IMG/VR virus record: IMGVR_UViG_3300042477_000341 | From: an uncultured virus (IMG/VR IMGVR_UViG_3300042477_000341) | Lineage: Duplodnaviria; Heunggongvirae; Uroviricota; Caudoviricetes | Reading direction: 5' to 3' (one strand) | DNA: 64,000 nt | Shown here: piece after piece, positions 49,589 through 58,043 of the stretch | Layout: the number at the start of each line of letters is the position of its first letter | Position numbering within the stretch: position 1 is the stretch's first letter | The notes under the pieces: generated by a model | Told to the model about the DNA's origin: nothing | The model's input: the letters and a program-made list of their open reading frames with translations, nothing else | Database searches by the model: none | Position numbers and translations under genes: made by a program

Positions 49589-49878
49589 TGAATGCTGAAG
49601 ACATTGGGCTCCCGCCCCATTTGCAACGTATGGTTAATGCAGATGTACCTGGAATAGATATAATGCACGGGGAACTAAAAAACCTAATGCTTATTGCTGA
49701 ACAAGAACTATCGGACGCAATTGAACAAGAAGAGCGGTCCGAAGAGGCAATGGATTCTATGGTCCGAACAGAATGTGAAGGACGACTAGATACTCTAACA
49801 GAACTATATAAACTAACATATGATTTATCATTTGCGATTGGAATTCGCACAGAAAATAGAAAGGACGGGCACATTTGA
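49588..49878 (+). CDS. hypothetical protein
   Basis: follows promoter 49536. Confidence 0.65.
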   Translation: MNAEDIGLPPHLQRMVNADVPGIDIMHGELKNLMLIAEQELSDAIEQEERSEEAMDSMVRTECEGRLDTLTELYKLTYDLSFAIGIRTENRKDGHI

Positions 49879-50111
49879 TGTCATACGAGCCAACCTTGGA
49901 AATCCTGGAAATGGAATACTCTTGCTCACCTGGAGGAGTAGATACATTTGAGGTCTATGATAAAACAGATATACCTTTGTCTGTCCCAATATATGAGACT
50001 GAGTCCTTGACGGATGCTGTGCTCTACTGTTATAATTTAGGGAAAGACTTTACTGTCAAGACATTAGCGGAATGGAATGAAAGGGAGTTAGCATATGAAG
50101 CCAGCCGATAA
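49875..50111 (+). CDS. hypothetical protein
   Basis: ORF track. Confidence 0.6.
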   Translation: MMSYEPTLEILEMEYSCSPGGVDTFEVYDKTDIPLSVPIYETESLTDAVLYCYNLGKDFTVKTLAEWNERELAYEASR

Positions 50112-50409
50112 AGATAAACTCAACGAATGTTTAAAGATTCTAGATACCACCGACCTTGGATTATCCCTGGTTTGGTTGTGGACCTGGTCCACCATTAACA
50201 ACTTTAGAAGCGACACAGACTGGGAAGTGGTGGCAACTGAGGACGAGATGTGGGCACACCTCTGTGAGGCTGTGGAGGCTGGTATGGGCTTTACATTAGA
50301 GTATGGTGCCGAACAGCATTACGAAGATGTAATGCAATGGATGTTGAGTCGAGAATATATGATTGACCTCAATGACGACAGGGAAGAAGACGAAGATGAA
50401 GATGAGTGA
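50095..50409 (+). CDS. acidic hypothetical protein
   Basis: ORF track; GGAG RBS. Confidence 0.65.
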   Translation: MKPADKDKLNECLKILDTTDLGLSLVWLWTWSTINNFRSDTDWEVVATEDEMWAHLCEAVEAGMGFTLEYGAEQHYEDVMQWMLSREYMIDLNDDREEDEDEDE

Positions 50410-50625
50410 TCAATACATCAATGATCAGTTAAGTAAGGCCCAAGCTTTGTTATGGTCTGGATCTCTACATGAGGTAGACGAAGCACATAACATTGTATCT
50501 AATCTAATTAGAGATAGGTTAGAACAAGTTTCTAACTAAGGGCAAGTTTTTCAGTTTACGAAAGCTATTTACAAAGCCGTGAATAGTTGATATAATTAAA
50601 GCAAACCGATCTAGAAAGGATCATC

Positions 50626-50778
50626 ATGACAACAAAGCGAGAATATCTAAAGACACAAGGCATCACAGTAGGTGTACGTGGTCGCTTCTCAGGAGCTGCT
50701 AAGGTAGCTATCCAGGAAGCTATCAACAAGGGCATTACATTTTCAGATCCGCAGCCAGCTACAAACAAGGCTAAGTAA
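50626..50778 (+). CDS. Lsr2-like DNA-binding mini-protein
   Basis: Not in the ORF track. MTTKREYLKTQGITVGVRGRFSGAAKVAIQEA...; RGR motif; own TTTACA-N17-TATAAT promoter and terminator. Confidence 0.65.
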   Translation: MTTKREYLKTQGITVGVRGRFSGAAKVAIQEAINKGITFSDPQPATNKAK

Positions 50779-50784
50779 ACCAGG

Positions 50785-50830
50785 GACGGGGTTAGGGCTT
50801 CGTTGGTCCTTGACCCCGTTTCTTATTTTT
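50785..50830 (+). terminator. intrinsic terminator after the Lsr2-like gene
   Basis: ACGGGGTTAGGG...CCTTGACCCCGT plus T-rich tail. Confidence 0.65.
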
Positions 50831-50859
50831 GATATAATGATAGGTTAGAAAGGCGGACT

Positions 50860-51240
50860 ATGAGTAAGACACAAGAAATCAAAGTAGCAGAAGCACTAGT
50901 TAATCTAACAGATGACCATTGGTTCAACCCTACTATTTTCGGTAGATATTTGGCAGACCAGCCAGTATATACAGTTGATAGAATTGTTGAGATGTTGGTA
51001 TCTGTCATTAGCGAACTAGACAAAGTATATGAACTGCTAAAAGTAAGAGGAACTTCGTCAGAAGGTCTGCTTCTTGCCAATGAACTAAATGAATGTATCA
51101 AAGCATATCAGGAAGTCAATGTTATATCTAATCTAAAATTACCTAAACCTACCACATATAATATAAAGCGGGAGGTCAAAGTAGAACCAAGAGTCTTTGG
51201 TTATACAGATGAAGATAAGAATCCATTTGACCAAGTATAA
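50860..51240 (+). CDS. hypothetical protein, last gene of the plus-strand island
   Basis: TTGACC...TATAAT promoter and AAAGG RBS. Confidence 0.7.
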   Translation: MSKTQEIKVAEALVNLTDDHWFNPTIFGRYLADQPVYTVDRIVEMLVSVISELDKVYELLKVRGTSSEGLLLANELNECIKAYQEVNVISNLKLPKPTTYNIKREVKVEPRVFGYTDEDKNPFDQV

Positions 51241-51776
51241 ACTAATCTAGGCCAAATTATCCACAGGGTTATCCACATCCTGTGGATTTTTTGTGTGTGG
51301 GCATGAGGGCCAAATTTTCTATTTACGACACATGATCTAGAATCCCTGAAATGTGGGCAAATTTTTCTATTTACGACGAGCTTATAAAAATCCCTGAAAA
51401 GTTATAACAAATCTAATATAATATATATAGATCGATATAGAATGTATACTAAATCTAATAGAATATGTGCAGAATAGGCCAGAATTTGTCAAAATTTTTC
51501 TATGAAAATCTATTGACAAAGTGGGCCAAATATGCCATTTACGAAGGGTATTGACAAATCCCTGAAAATATGCACATGTGAGTATATGTCCGAATTGTCG
51601 CTATTGACATTACGGTTATGATAATGGTATGCTCAATTACATAGGTATATCTAACTAAGTATAAGTATAGTAATTGATATAGTATCTATAGTATTTATTC
51701 TCCACTATGCTCCACTTTACTCCATTTATAAGGGGTCTAGGAGGCTATATGAGAGCATATAATGGGCGGGGGGATA

Positions 51777-52025
51777 CTAGGATATGGATCCATATCTGTC
51801 TGGATCAGCCAATATATCTTGAGCCAAGCTATCTGGCATATTATGACCTGAGATCTTGTGTTGGAGTATATGCATCAATAATGTCTCATCATTATATATC
51901 TTAGTTGACTGAAATATAGTATGTTCATCTGGAGATATGTTTAGAAAACATCCAGCACATTCGATATGTCCTTCTACGCTAGGGTATATGTATATATCGC
52001 TATTGGTGAATCTGCTATATGCCAT
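51777..52025 (-). CDS. hypothetical protein
   Basis: MAYSRF.NSDIYIY...IECAGC. Confidence 0.65.
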   Translation of the reverse strand: MAYSRFTNSDIYIYPSVEGHIECAGCFLNISPDEHTIFQSTKIYNDETLLMHILQHKISGHNMPDSLAQDILADPDRYGSIS

Positions 52026-52175
52026 TGGTTCCCCGCCTTTTATTGCGTACTATTCTGGCTATGACTACTATAGATATCGTGATACCGAAGAGTAACAACC
52101 ATCTATCTGAATAGTCATAATTCCAGCAGTCCCCGCCTGTAAAGCATTTGGGATCTCTGCCCAATATCTCGCCTA

Positions 52176-52412
52176 TCATCTATTAGGTCCTAGAAATGGA
52201 GTTATGCCAAAGTCATCATCATCTGACCATTTGCCTGTTGAATATCCTATTTCGGTAGCTTCAGGTGAAGGGTTCGAACCTTCATTTACAGGTTCGGAAC
52301 CTGGCGTACTGCCGTTATACGAACCTGAAATATTTACTTCATTATCCATAGTACCACACATACTGCATGTTACCTGTCCATCTAAATCTAGTTGAAAATC
52401 GTGATTGTGCAT
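52176..52412 (-). CDS. small CxxC protein whose frame runs through a tRNA
   Basis: MHNHDFQLDLDGQVTCSMCG...; start coupled to the upstream stop. Confidence 0.45.
   Translation of the reverse strand: MHNHDFQLDLDGQVTCSMCGTMDNEVNISGSYNGSTPGSEPVNEGSNPSPEATEIGYSTGKWSDDDDFGITPFLGPNR
52259..52329 (-). tRNA. tRNA with anticodon CCG (nominal Arg), atypical body
   Basis: TTCAGGT/ACCTGAA acceptor, GTAT-AACGGCA-GTAC D arm, CAGG-TTCCGAA-CCTG anticodon arm, GAAGG-TTCGAAC-CCTTC T arm. Confidence 0.75.
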
Positions 52413-52621
52413 TAGTATCCACCCAGACATTCATTCCTGGTATGGTAAAGTCTGATCTTTGTTAGCATCTTCTTACTACCAGCGCTCAATGGCTCTTTGC
52501 ATGCCCCGCATTCCATATCCCATTCACCGCTAAAGAAGTCATATTTAGCACCTTTGAAATTGGCATACTTATGCGCCACAAATGTAGCAAATGGATCAGG
52601 TATCTCTAAGCTTTGAATCAT
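52412..52621 (-). CDS. small zinc-binding hypothetical protein
   Basis: CGAC...HTRNEC. Confidence 0.65.
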   Translation of the reverse strand: MIQSLEIPDPFATFVAHKYANFKGAKYDFFSGEWDMECGACKEPLSAGSKKMLTKIRLYHTRNECLGGY

Positions 52622-52707
52622 ACCCTAAGTATAGTATATATGACGGGTACCGTCAATAGGGCTTCTACTTTCCGCCGCACTTTTCGCTTCACTAATTGCG
52701 AGCTATA

Positions 52708-52998
52708 TTACTTATTTTTAGGTATTAAGTCTTGAGGACCTTCTGAGCCGAATATAGACTTCTTGATAGGAACACAGTTAGGAACTCTCTTACCATTCTT
52801 GTCCTTCATGCCTACCTGCTTGTAACCAGACCAGCATGCTTTCTGGATGTTATCCCAGTTGTCTTCTTGTTCATTGTCCGACTCGTAACCCTTTGAGATC
52901 TCTTCATCTGTAAGGTCTTCAGGCTTAGGGTCAATTGACTTTGACAGGCTATCTTGTAGCATGTCCTTGATCTCGTCTACAATCTTATTTAATTCCAT
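52708..52998 (-). CDS. hypothetical protein with CW.GY...VPNCVP motif
   Basis: KACWSGYKQVGMKDKNGKRVPNCVP. Confidence 0.7.
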   Translation of the reverse strand: MELNKIVDEIKDMLQDSLSKSIDPKPEDLTDEEISKGYESDNEQEDNWDNIQKACWSGYKQVGMKDKNGKRVPNCVPIKKSIFGSEGPQDLIPKNK

Positions 52999-53014
52999 AA
53001 CCTTAGTATACCAC

Positions 53015-53449
53015 TTATTCTTTTATCTTATTCTTTGCATTACACACTGAAGCGTTGTATACATATAGGCCTAGTCCATCTTCAAACTTATCATAAAATC
53101 CAGCGTTTCCTGCCGATTTTCTTGCAGTATCCACCAGCAATACACCCTTAGCAATCCATAGCTCTCTTTGAGGTGGATTGGCTATAAACCATCTATCTGT
53201 TAATAGCCTTTGCCTTTCTGCTATTTTTAAGACCTCTTGGCTATCATGTGGCAACCTTGACCTAAAAGCCTCTAAGAAATCATATATTATGTCCAAAGAT
53301 TCTATCTTCATCTCTTCCCAGTCTTCTCTGGTATAAGTAGACATTCTATCTTTCATTACACTTAGCTCTTCTGGAGGTGTATCAAAAGACTTCCATAGTT
53401 CTACGCATGATGTTCCCTCTTTTGATAAAATCTCAGAATATTTTTCCAT
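53015..53449 (-). CDS. TipAS-like (antibiotic-recognition fold) protein
   Basis: YTREDWEEM...PHDSQEV..IAERQ...FYDKFEDGLGLYVYNA. Confidence 0.55.
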   Translation of the reverse strand: MEKYSEILSKEGTSCVELWKSFDTPPEELSVMKDRMSTYTREDWEEMKIESLDIIYDFLEAFRSRLPHDSQEVLKIAERQRLLTDRWFIANPPQRELWIAKGVLLVDTARKSAGNAGFYDKFEDGLGLYVYNASVCNAKNKIKE

Positions 53450-53599
53450 TTTATTTTTTTATAATCCTTTTGATCTGACATAAACAATCAGGGCATTCCC
53501 CTATATAAAGCATTTTGCCTGAATCCAGGGCTACTATCTCGTTTAGCTTACCGACCACATTTTTTTGACACAAAACACAATAGGCGCTAACTGTTACAG

Positions 53600-53809
53600 T
53601 CATAGGTCATATTTAGACTGGCTTATTGGAACGTATTGAGCAGGTGTCTCTTCTTCATCAGGCTCTTCGTGCCACAGCACATGCATTGACATAAACTTTT
53701 CTTCCACCATGCAGTAGCATATAGGACAACTGGTCATGCAAGGATCTCTACAGGTATCATAGCCATACATCTTGTACAGTGTTGATATGTCCTGCCCGTA
53801 AATGGGCAC
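53600..53809 (-). CDS. small Cys/His protein
   Basis: CPICYC...HVLWH; start uncertain. Confidence 0.4.
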   Translation of the reverse strand: MPIYGQDISTLYKMYGYDTCRDPCMTSCPICYCMVEEKFMSMHVLWHEEPDEEETPAQYVPISQSKYDL

Positions 53810-53870
53810 GATCCAGCAGCAACCAATACGTGATCTTTAAATCGACATATAATAGATTTAATTAAGTTCT

Positions 53871-54101
53871 TCATATCCATACACCTTTTTCTGCTTCTCG
53901 TCTCCATAGTAAGTAAGATTTAATATAAACTATGGCATAGGCTATTGCTGAGAGAATAAATCCATACTGATTAGTAATTAAGGCATATGCTATCCATAAT
54001 ACCTCATTAAATAAAAGAACAAACCATCCCCAGATAGTTTTACGACCTACAAAGAATATACCTGTGACTCCGATTGCTGCTAATACATATGACCACATCA
54101 T
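53871..54101 (-). CDS. short PnuC-like membrane protein
   Basis: three hydrophobic segments; GRKTIWGW...QYGF. Confidence 0.65.
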   Translation of the reverse strand: MMWSYVLAAIGVTGIFFVGRKTIWGWFVLLFNEVLWIAYALITNQYGFILSAIAYAIVYIKSYLLWRREAEKGVWI

Positions 54102-54415
54102 TTAGCTTCGGCCTCTTTTTCTCTAGCCCATTGATCTTCCCATAGGCCCATCAATGATTCATTGCCAATGTCGTCAAAGTAATAACGCTTGGCGTTACTA
54201 TTATATGTCCAGCCATACCACATATCGCCTTCAGACCATGTTAGATTAGTTGGAGTATCATTCTCTTCGTATTGCTTAAGCATGCGTAGCAATTCATCAT
54301 TCTCATGCACAACCGCTTCAATCGCCTCTCTAAGGCGTTTAGGACGCATAAGGTATCTTTCTACAAATTCAATTAACATCTTCATCTGGATCCTTTTCCC
54401 ATGTAAGCTTTCCAT
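54098..54415 (-). CDS. hypothetical protein (start probably near 54379)
   Basis: ORF track. Confidence 0.55.
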   Translation of the reverse strand: MESLHGKRIQMKMLIEFVERYLMRPKRLREAIEAVVHENDELLRMLKQYEENDTPTNLTWSEGDMWYGWTYNSNAKRYYFDDIGNESLMGLWEDQWAREKEAEAK

Positions 54416-54519
54416 CTTTATAGACAGGCCAGTAGCCGAGTGGACGCCAGTCCATTTTCATAATCTTGGGCTCTCTCATATATTTAGTATACTATATTTG
54501 AGCGGTATCGTCAATGCTT

Positions 54520-54804
54520 TTATACCCAATATTTAATTATAGCAGTTGCTGCAAGAATAGACCATATTATATTAAACCAGATAATTGTTGGCAATGTTTT
54601 AACTGTTGATGACCAAATTAAAGATAAACTGGTTATTAAAGCAATTATGTAAAGCCACCAAATCTGTGTGTTAAATAAAAGCCCTGGAATAATAATTGCT
54701 ACCTTAGTCATAAATGCAAAGAACTCAACAGTATTAGGTTTATTCCAGTAAGACTTATGTCCCATACCACGGAGCGTAGTTATCCATTGTGTTCTAAATT
54801 TCAT
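54520..54804 (-). CDS. small membrane protein
   Basis: hydrophobic; KTLPTIIWFN. Confidence 0.65.
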   Translation of the reverse strand: MKFRTQWITTLRGMGHKSYWNKPNTVEFFAFMTKVAIIIPGLLFNTQIWWLYIIALITSLSLIWSSTVKTLPTIIWFNIIWSILAATAIIKYWV

Positions 54805-56315
54805 TTCACATACTCCAAAAACTCTTTATGATCTATGCACAGTTCAATCATATTGTCCCGTAAAAAAAGAAATTGATTATACAATTCAATAGAATCTTTA
54901 TATTCAGCTAAATTGTCAATATAAGTGGCCGCTATAGATTTATTTATTAAGTTTAGCCCAGACCCCACGGCAAGCCAGCTTACGGATTGCCACACATCTT
55001 GATTGTCAAGATCATTAGGAAGTCTATCTTTCCAGGTGTTAATCTTTTCTTTTATCTTTTCTGGCGCATTTTCATAAGAAAATTTTTGCCAGAATTCAGT
55101 ATCTTTTCTTAATGTCATATAATGAAAATATATAAAATTAGAAATAATTGTATTAAGATTAAGTATATTTTTATTGAACTTTTCTCTTAAATCATCTGAG
55201 CTGCCAATAATGTGATCTGCGTTATTAAAAAATGTCCCTATCTGAACCATGCTTACAAAAATAGAAGTTGCCTCTAAAGGCTCTATAAAGTTTCCTGCTA
55301 ATCCGATTGCGACACAGTTATTTACCCAGGTTTCTTCGTAGCAACCAGCATCAAACTTAAATCCACCCTTATCTTTTCTAGGATACGTTGGAGCATAACC
55401 TAACATACTTTCTATTTCTGCTACTGCTTCTTGCTCTGAAATTAAAGATGAATCGTATACGTAGCCACACCCGAACCTATTCTGCAATGGGATCTTCCAC
55501 ATCCATCCATACTTCATTGCGATTGCTTCTGTATATGGTGGAATTTCATCTGTCATATTAGTAAAAAATGGTATAGCAGCGTCCACTGGTAAAAATTCTT
55601 TATAGCTTTTCCATTTTGAATTAAATGTTTTGCCAATAATAAGCCTATGAAATCCACTGCAATCAAAAACAAAATCACATTGAACTGATTCATTGTTTTC
55701 TAAAACTAAAGACTCTACATAATTTTTGTCACTTAGGCCTACTGTTTTTATTTTGCCTTCTACAATTTTAATTCCACGACTTAGCGCAACTTCTTTTAGT
55801 TTATTTGCTAGCTTTGTGGCATTAAAGTGAACTGATATACCTGATAAGTTTTCAAAATCTAAAAGTTTATTTTTATGTTTTTTTGCTCTAAATACAATAG
55901 GAACTTTATTTTTTTCTGAAACATTTTCTGGAAAGTCTACTTCTTTTAAACCATTGTTTATCGCAATGCTTGCTACTTTTGCTGCACTAGGATTTAAATG
56001 GCTATAAAAAGCATTGCCAATTTTTGAATCGTTATAAAACCCATGGTAGTAGAAATTATTATCATTGTTCCAATTAGTAAATTTAATTCCATTCTTTATT
56101 GTTGCATCACAATCTTTTACTAAATCTGATATTGATATTCCTAAATCTTCAAGGAATTGAACAAGCATTGGAGTAGAGCCTTCTCCTGCACCTAGTATGC
56201 CTATTTCTGCTGACTCTATAACAGTAATGTTGTCATTTGGTAATTGTTTTTTTGCATACAAAGCGGTTAACCATCCAGCAGTTCCACCACCTACAACTAC
56301 TATGTTTTTTGGCAT
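54801..56315 (-). CDS. flavin-dependent tryptophan-halogenase family protein
   Basis: VVGGGTAGW, GAGEGS, ATIKNGIKF, DCSGF, GWMWKIPL, FIEPLEATSI; start corrected to MPKNIV. Confidence 0.9.
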   Translation of the reverse strand: MPKNIVVVGGGTAGWLTALYAKKQLPNDNITVIESAEIGILGAGEGSTPMLVQFLEDLGISISDLVKDCDATIKNGIKFTNWNNDNNFYYHGFYNDSKIGNAFYSHLNPSAAKVASIAINNGLKEVDFPENVSEKNKVPIVFRAKKHKNKLLDFENLSGISVHFNATKLANKLKEVALSRGIKIVEGKIKTVGLSDKNYVESLVLENNESVQCDFVFDCSGFHRLIIGKTFNSKWKSYKEFLPVDAAIPFFTNMTDEIPPYTEAIAMKYGWMWKIPLQNRFGCGYVYDSSLISEQEAVAEIESMLGYAPTYPRKDKGGFKFDAGCYEETWVNNCVAIGLAGNFIEPLEATSIFVSMVQIGTFFNNADHIIGSSDDLREKFNKNILNLNTIISNFIYFHYMTLRKDTEFWQKFSYENAPEKIKEKINTWKDRLPNDLDNQDVWQSVSWLAVGSGLNLINKSIAATYIDNLAEYKDSIELYNQFLFLRDNMIELCIDHKEFLEYVK

Positions 56316-56518
56316 TACTTTCTGCCCCATTTAACTTTGTTCCATCCACGCTCATGAAAGTAATAAAGGATTGTTTTTGTAATTACCTCAAAGCTTGCGA
56401 TTGCTCCTGCTGTAACTGGTTCTTTAGTTATCAACCAAGATATAACAAATGTATCTGCCGTTCCTATTAAACGCCATGTAACAGCCTTTAGCGCTGATCT
56501 TTGCTTAGATACATTCAT
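56315..56518 (-). CDS. DUF2061-like small membrane protein
   Basis: RSALKAVTWR...KTILYYFHERGW. Confidence 0.8.
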   Translation of the reverse strand: MNVSKQRSALKAVTWRLIGTADTFVISWLITKEPVTAGAIASFEVITKTILYYFHERGWNKVKWGRK

Positions 56519-56563
56519 GATGGCCACTCAATATTATTTGGCTTAGTAACAAAGTTCCAGACT

Positions 56564-57319
56564 TTAGATGCCCATCTCTTTACGTTTTTGCGTAGCACTA
56601 ATAGCTTCAATTTCTGCTCCTAACGATACTTGTTCAATCTTATACCCTACATCACGTCCATAAACAATGTTGGTAATGTTAGGCATCTTAATTACCATTG
56701 CTTTATCCATAATAGGATCCTGAGATATGTATCCCTTTACCTGCTCAAAGTCTAGTGGATCTTTATCGGTAGTCTTATAAGTATTTCTTACACCAAGCAT
56801 TACCTGATCTGTCCTGTTCCCCGCCTCTTCATACAAAGCGTGATGTCCTTCATGCCAAGGCTGATATCTACCAAGCATCAAAGTGGTTGGCTGTCTCCAG
56901 TCATGTAGTTCAAAATCAATACATGCAATTCTTGCTGCAACGTTATACTCTGTCATGTCGTCAAACATTAAATCTGGATTAGCGGGTGTTTCCCACATAG
57001 CAGTTGTATCTGGAAAATCTCTAACTGGCTTTCTATTCATCCAAACAACTTTATCTGGATCACCAAATGCTGCTCTTGTCTCTGCCGTTGGATTAACAAA
57101 GTCTACAACAACATGATATCCTTGATTAGACAGTAGTCTAGATAAAGCACCCATTCTACGGGCCTGCTCTAGTCTGTCCTCTGGGCTAAAACCTAAGTCT
57201 TTATTTAACTCTGCTCTTACTGCGTCTGCATTTAAATGAACTGCATTAATTCTATCCGCTAGTTCTTTTGCAAAAGTAGTTTTTCCAGCTCCTGGGAGCC
57301 CTATAACTTGTATGATCAT
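56564..57319 (-). CDS. APS kinase-like domain fused to an HxGH nucleotidyltransferase domain
   Basis: GLPGAGKTT, LNADAVR..LNKDLGFSPEDR; GRYQPWHEGH; ISATQKR. Confidence 0.82.
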   Translation of the reverse strand: MIIQVIGLPGAGKTTFAKELADRINAVHLNADAVRAELNKDLGFSPEDRLEQARRMGALSRLLSNQGYHVVVDFVNPTAETRAAFGDPDKVVWMNRKPVRDFPDTTAMWETPANPDLMFDDMTEYNVAARIACIDFELHDWRQPTTLMLGRYQPWHEGHHALYEEAGNRTDQVMLGVRNTYKTTDKDPLDFEQVKGYISQDPIMDKAMVIKMPNITNIVYGRDVGYKIEQVSLGAEIEAISATQKRKEMGI

Positions 57320-57350
57320 ACTTCAATTATATAATAATTTATTAGGTCTG

Positions 57351-58043
57351 TCAAGAGTCAATTCTCCAATAATTTGCATTTTTGTATAAATCATCATCTA
57401 TTTTATTGTATTTTCTAATCAAATCTTTTTCTTTATCTGAAAGCTTATTAAATAAATCAGTAGATTCAAAATTTAAAAAAGACTTAGAGGTCTCTGACCT
57501 TGGATTTGCATGAAACATTCCTAAATCACGAAATATTTTTTTCTGTATTACTAAATCTTTACCAGATATATCTTTTATATCAAGGAATAGGTTTACCCTA
57601 TCTTTTCTTTCATTAAACAAGTCATAGTTAAATATCCTTCTATTGCCGTAAATTTCAAACCTATTTAATTCATGATGCAAAAAAGATCTAGCTTGAAAAT
57701 TTGGAAAAACTGGGTCGTGATTTTGGAACTCTATTAGGTTTTCTACTGTCAAAGCGCTAGAGTTATAGTTTTCTTTTAAATTTCCCTCGTTATCAAGACA
57801 AATAACATGAGCAAAATAGCTAACGGCATGCTCAACTGGGTCTCTTAATGCGCTTATGACATATGTCTTTTCATCTATTCTTGAATGCCAGCCATTGTGC
57901 GAATCGTCATTCCACATCATTAACTCAATGCCACGTTCATTTAACTGCCTCCTCATTGGAGAAAGAACATTTCTTCTTATATACCTACCGCCAGTTTTCA
58001 TGGTATGCAAAAAATATACTTTATTATATTTCAAGGGTGCCAA
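57351..58043 (-). CDS. sulfotransferase-family protein
   Basis: FLHTMKTGG (5'-PSB), LRDPVEHAVSYF (3'-PB), N.ID.DLY. Confidence 0.75.
   Translation of the reverse strand: MAPLKYNKVYFLHTMKTGGRYIRRNVLSPMRRQLNERGIELMMWNDDSHNGWHSRIDEKTYVISALRDPVEHAVSYFAHVICLDNEGNLKENYNSSALTVENLIEFQNHDPVFPNFQARSFLHHELNRFEIYGNRRIFNYDLFNERKDRVNLFLDIKDISGKDLVIQKKIFRDLGMFHANPRSETSKSFLNFESTDLFNKLSDKEKDLIRKYNKIDDDLYKNANYWRIDS

Larger units (their letters stand above)
43111..51289. promoter_or_regulatory. three clusters of DnaA boxes (TTATCCACA)
   Basis: perfect at 43111, 43132, 44924, 44947 (reverse), 51257, 51269; imperfect reverse copy at 51281. Confidence 0.75.

Noticed and set aside
38900..51300. LexA SOS boxes (CGAAC-N4-GTTCG) in the island
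   Set aside because: None found by eye in the intergenic regions; the damage-type signal is the RecA-NDp motif only.
51707..51904. 65-aa plus-strand ORF
   Set aside because: Antisense to the better-supported 51777-52025 gene and starts in low-complexity sequence.
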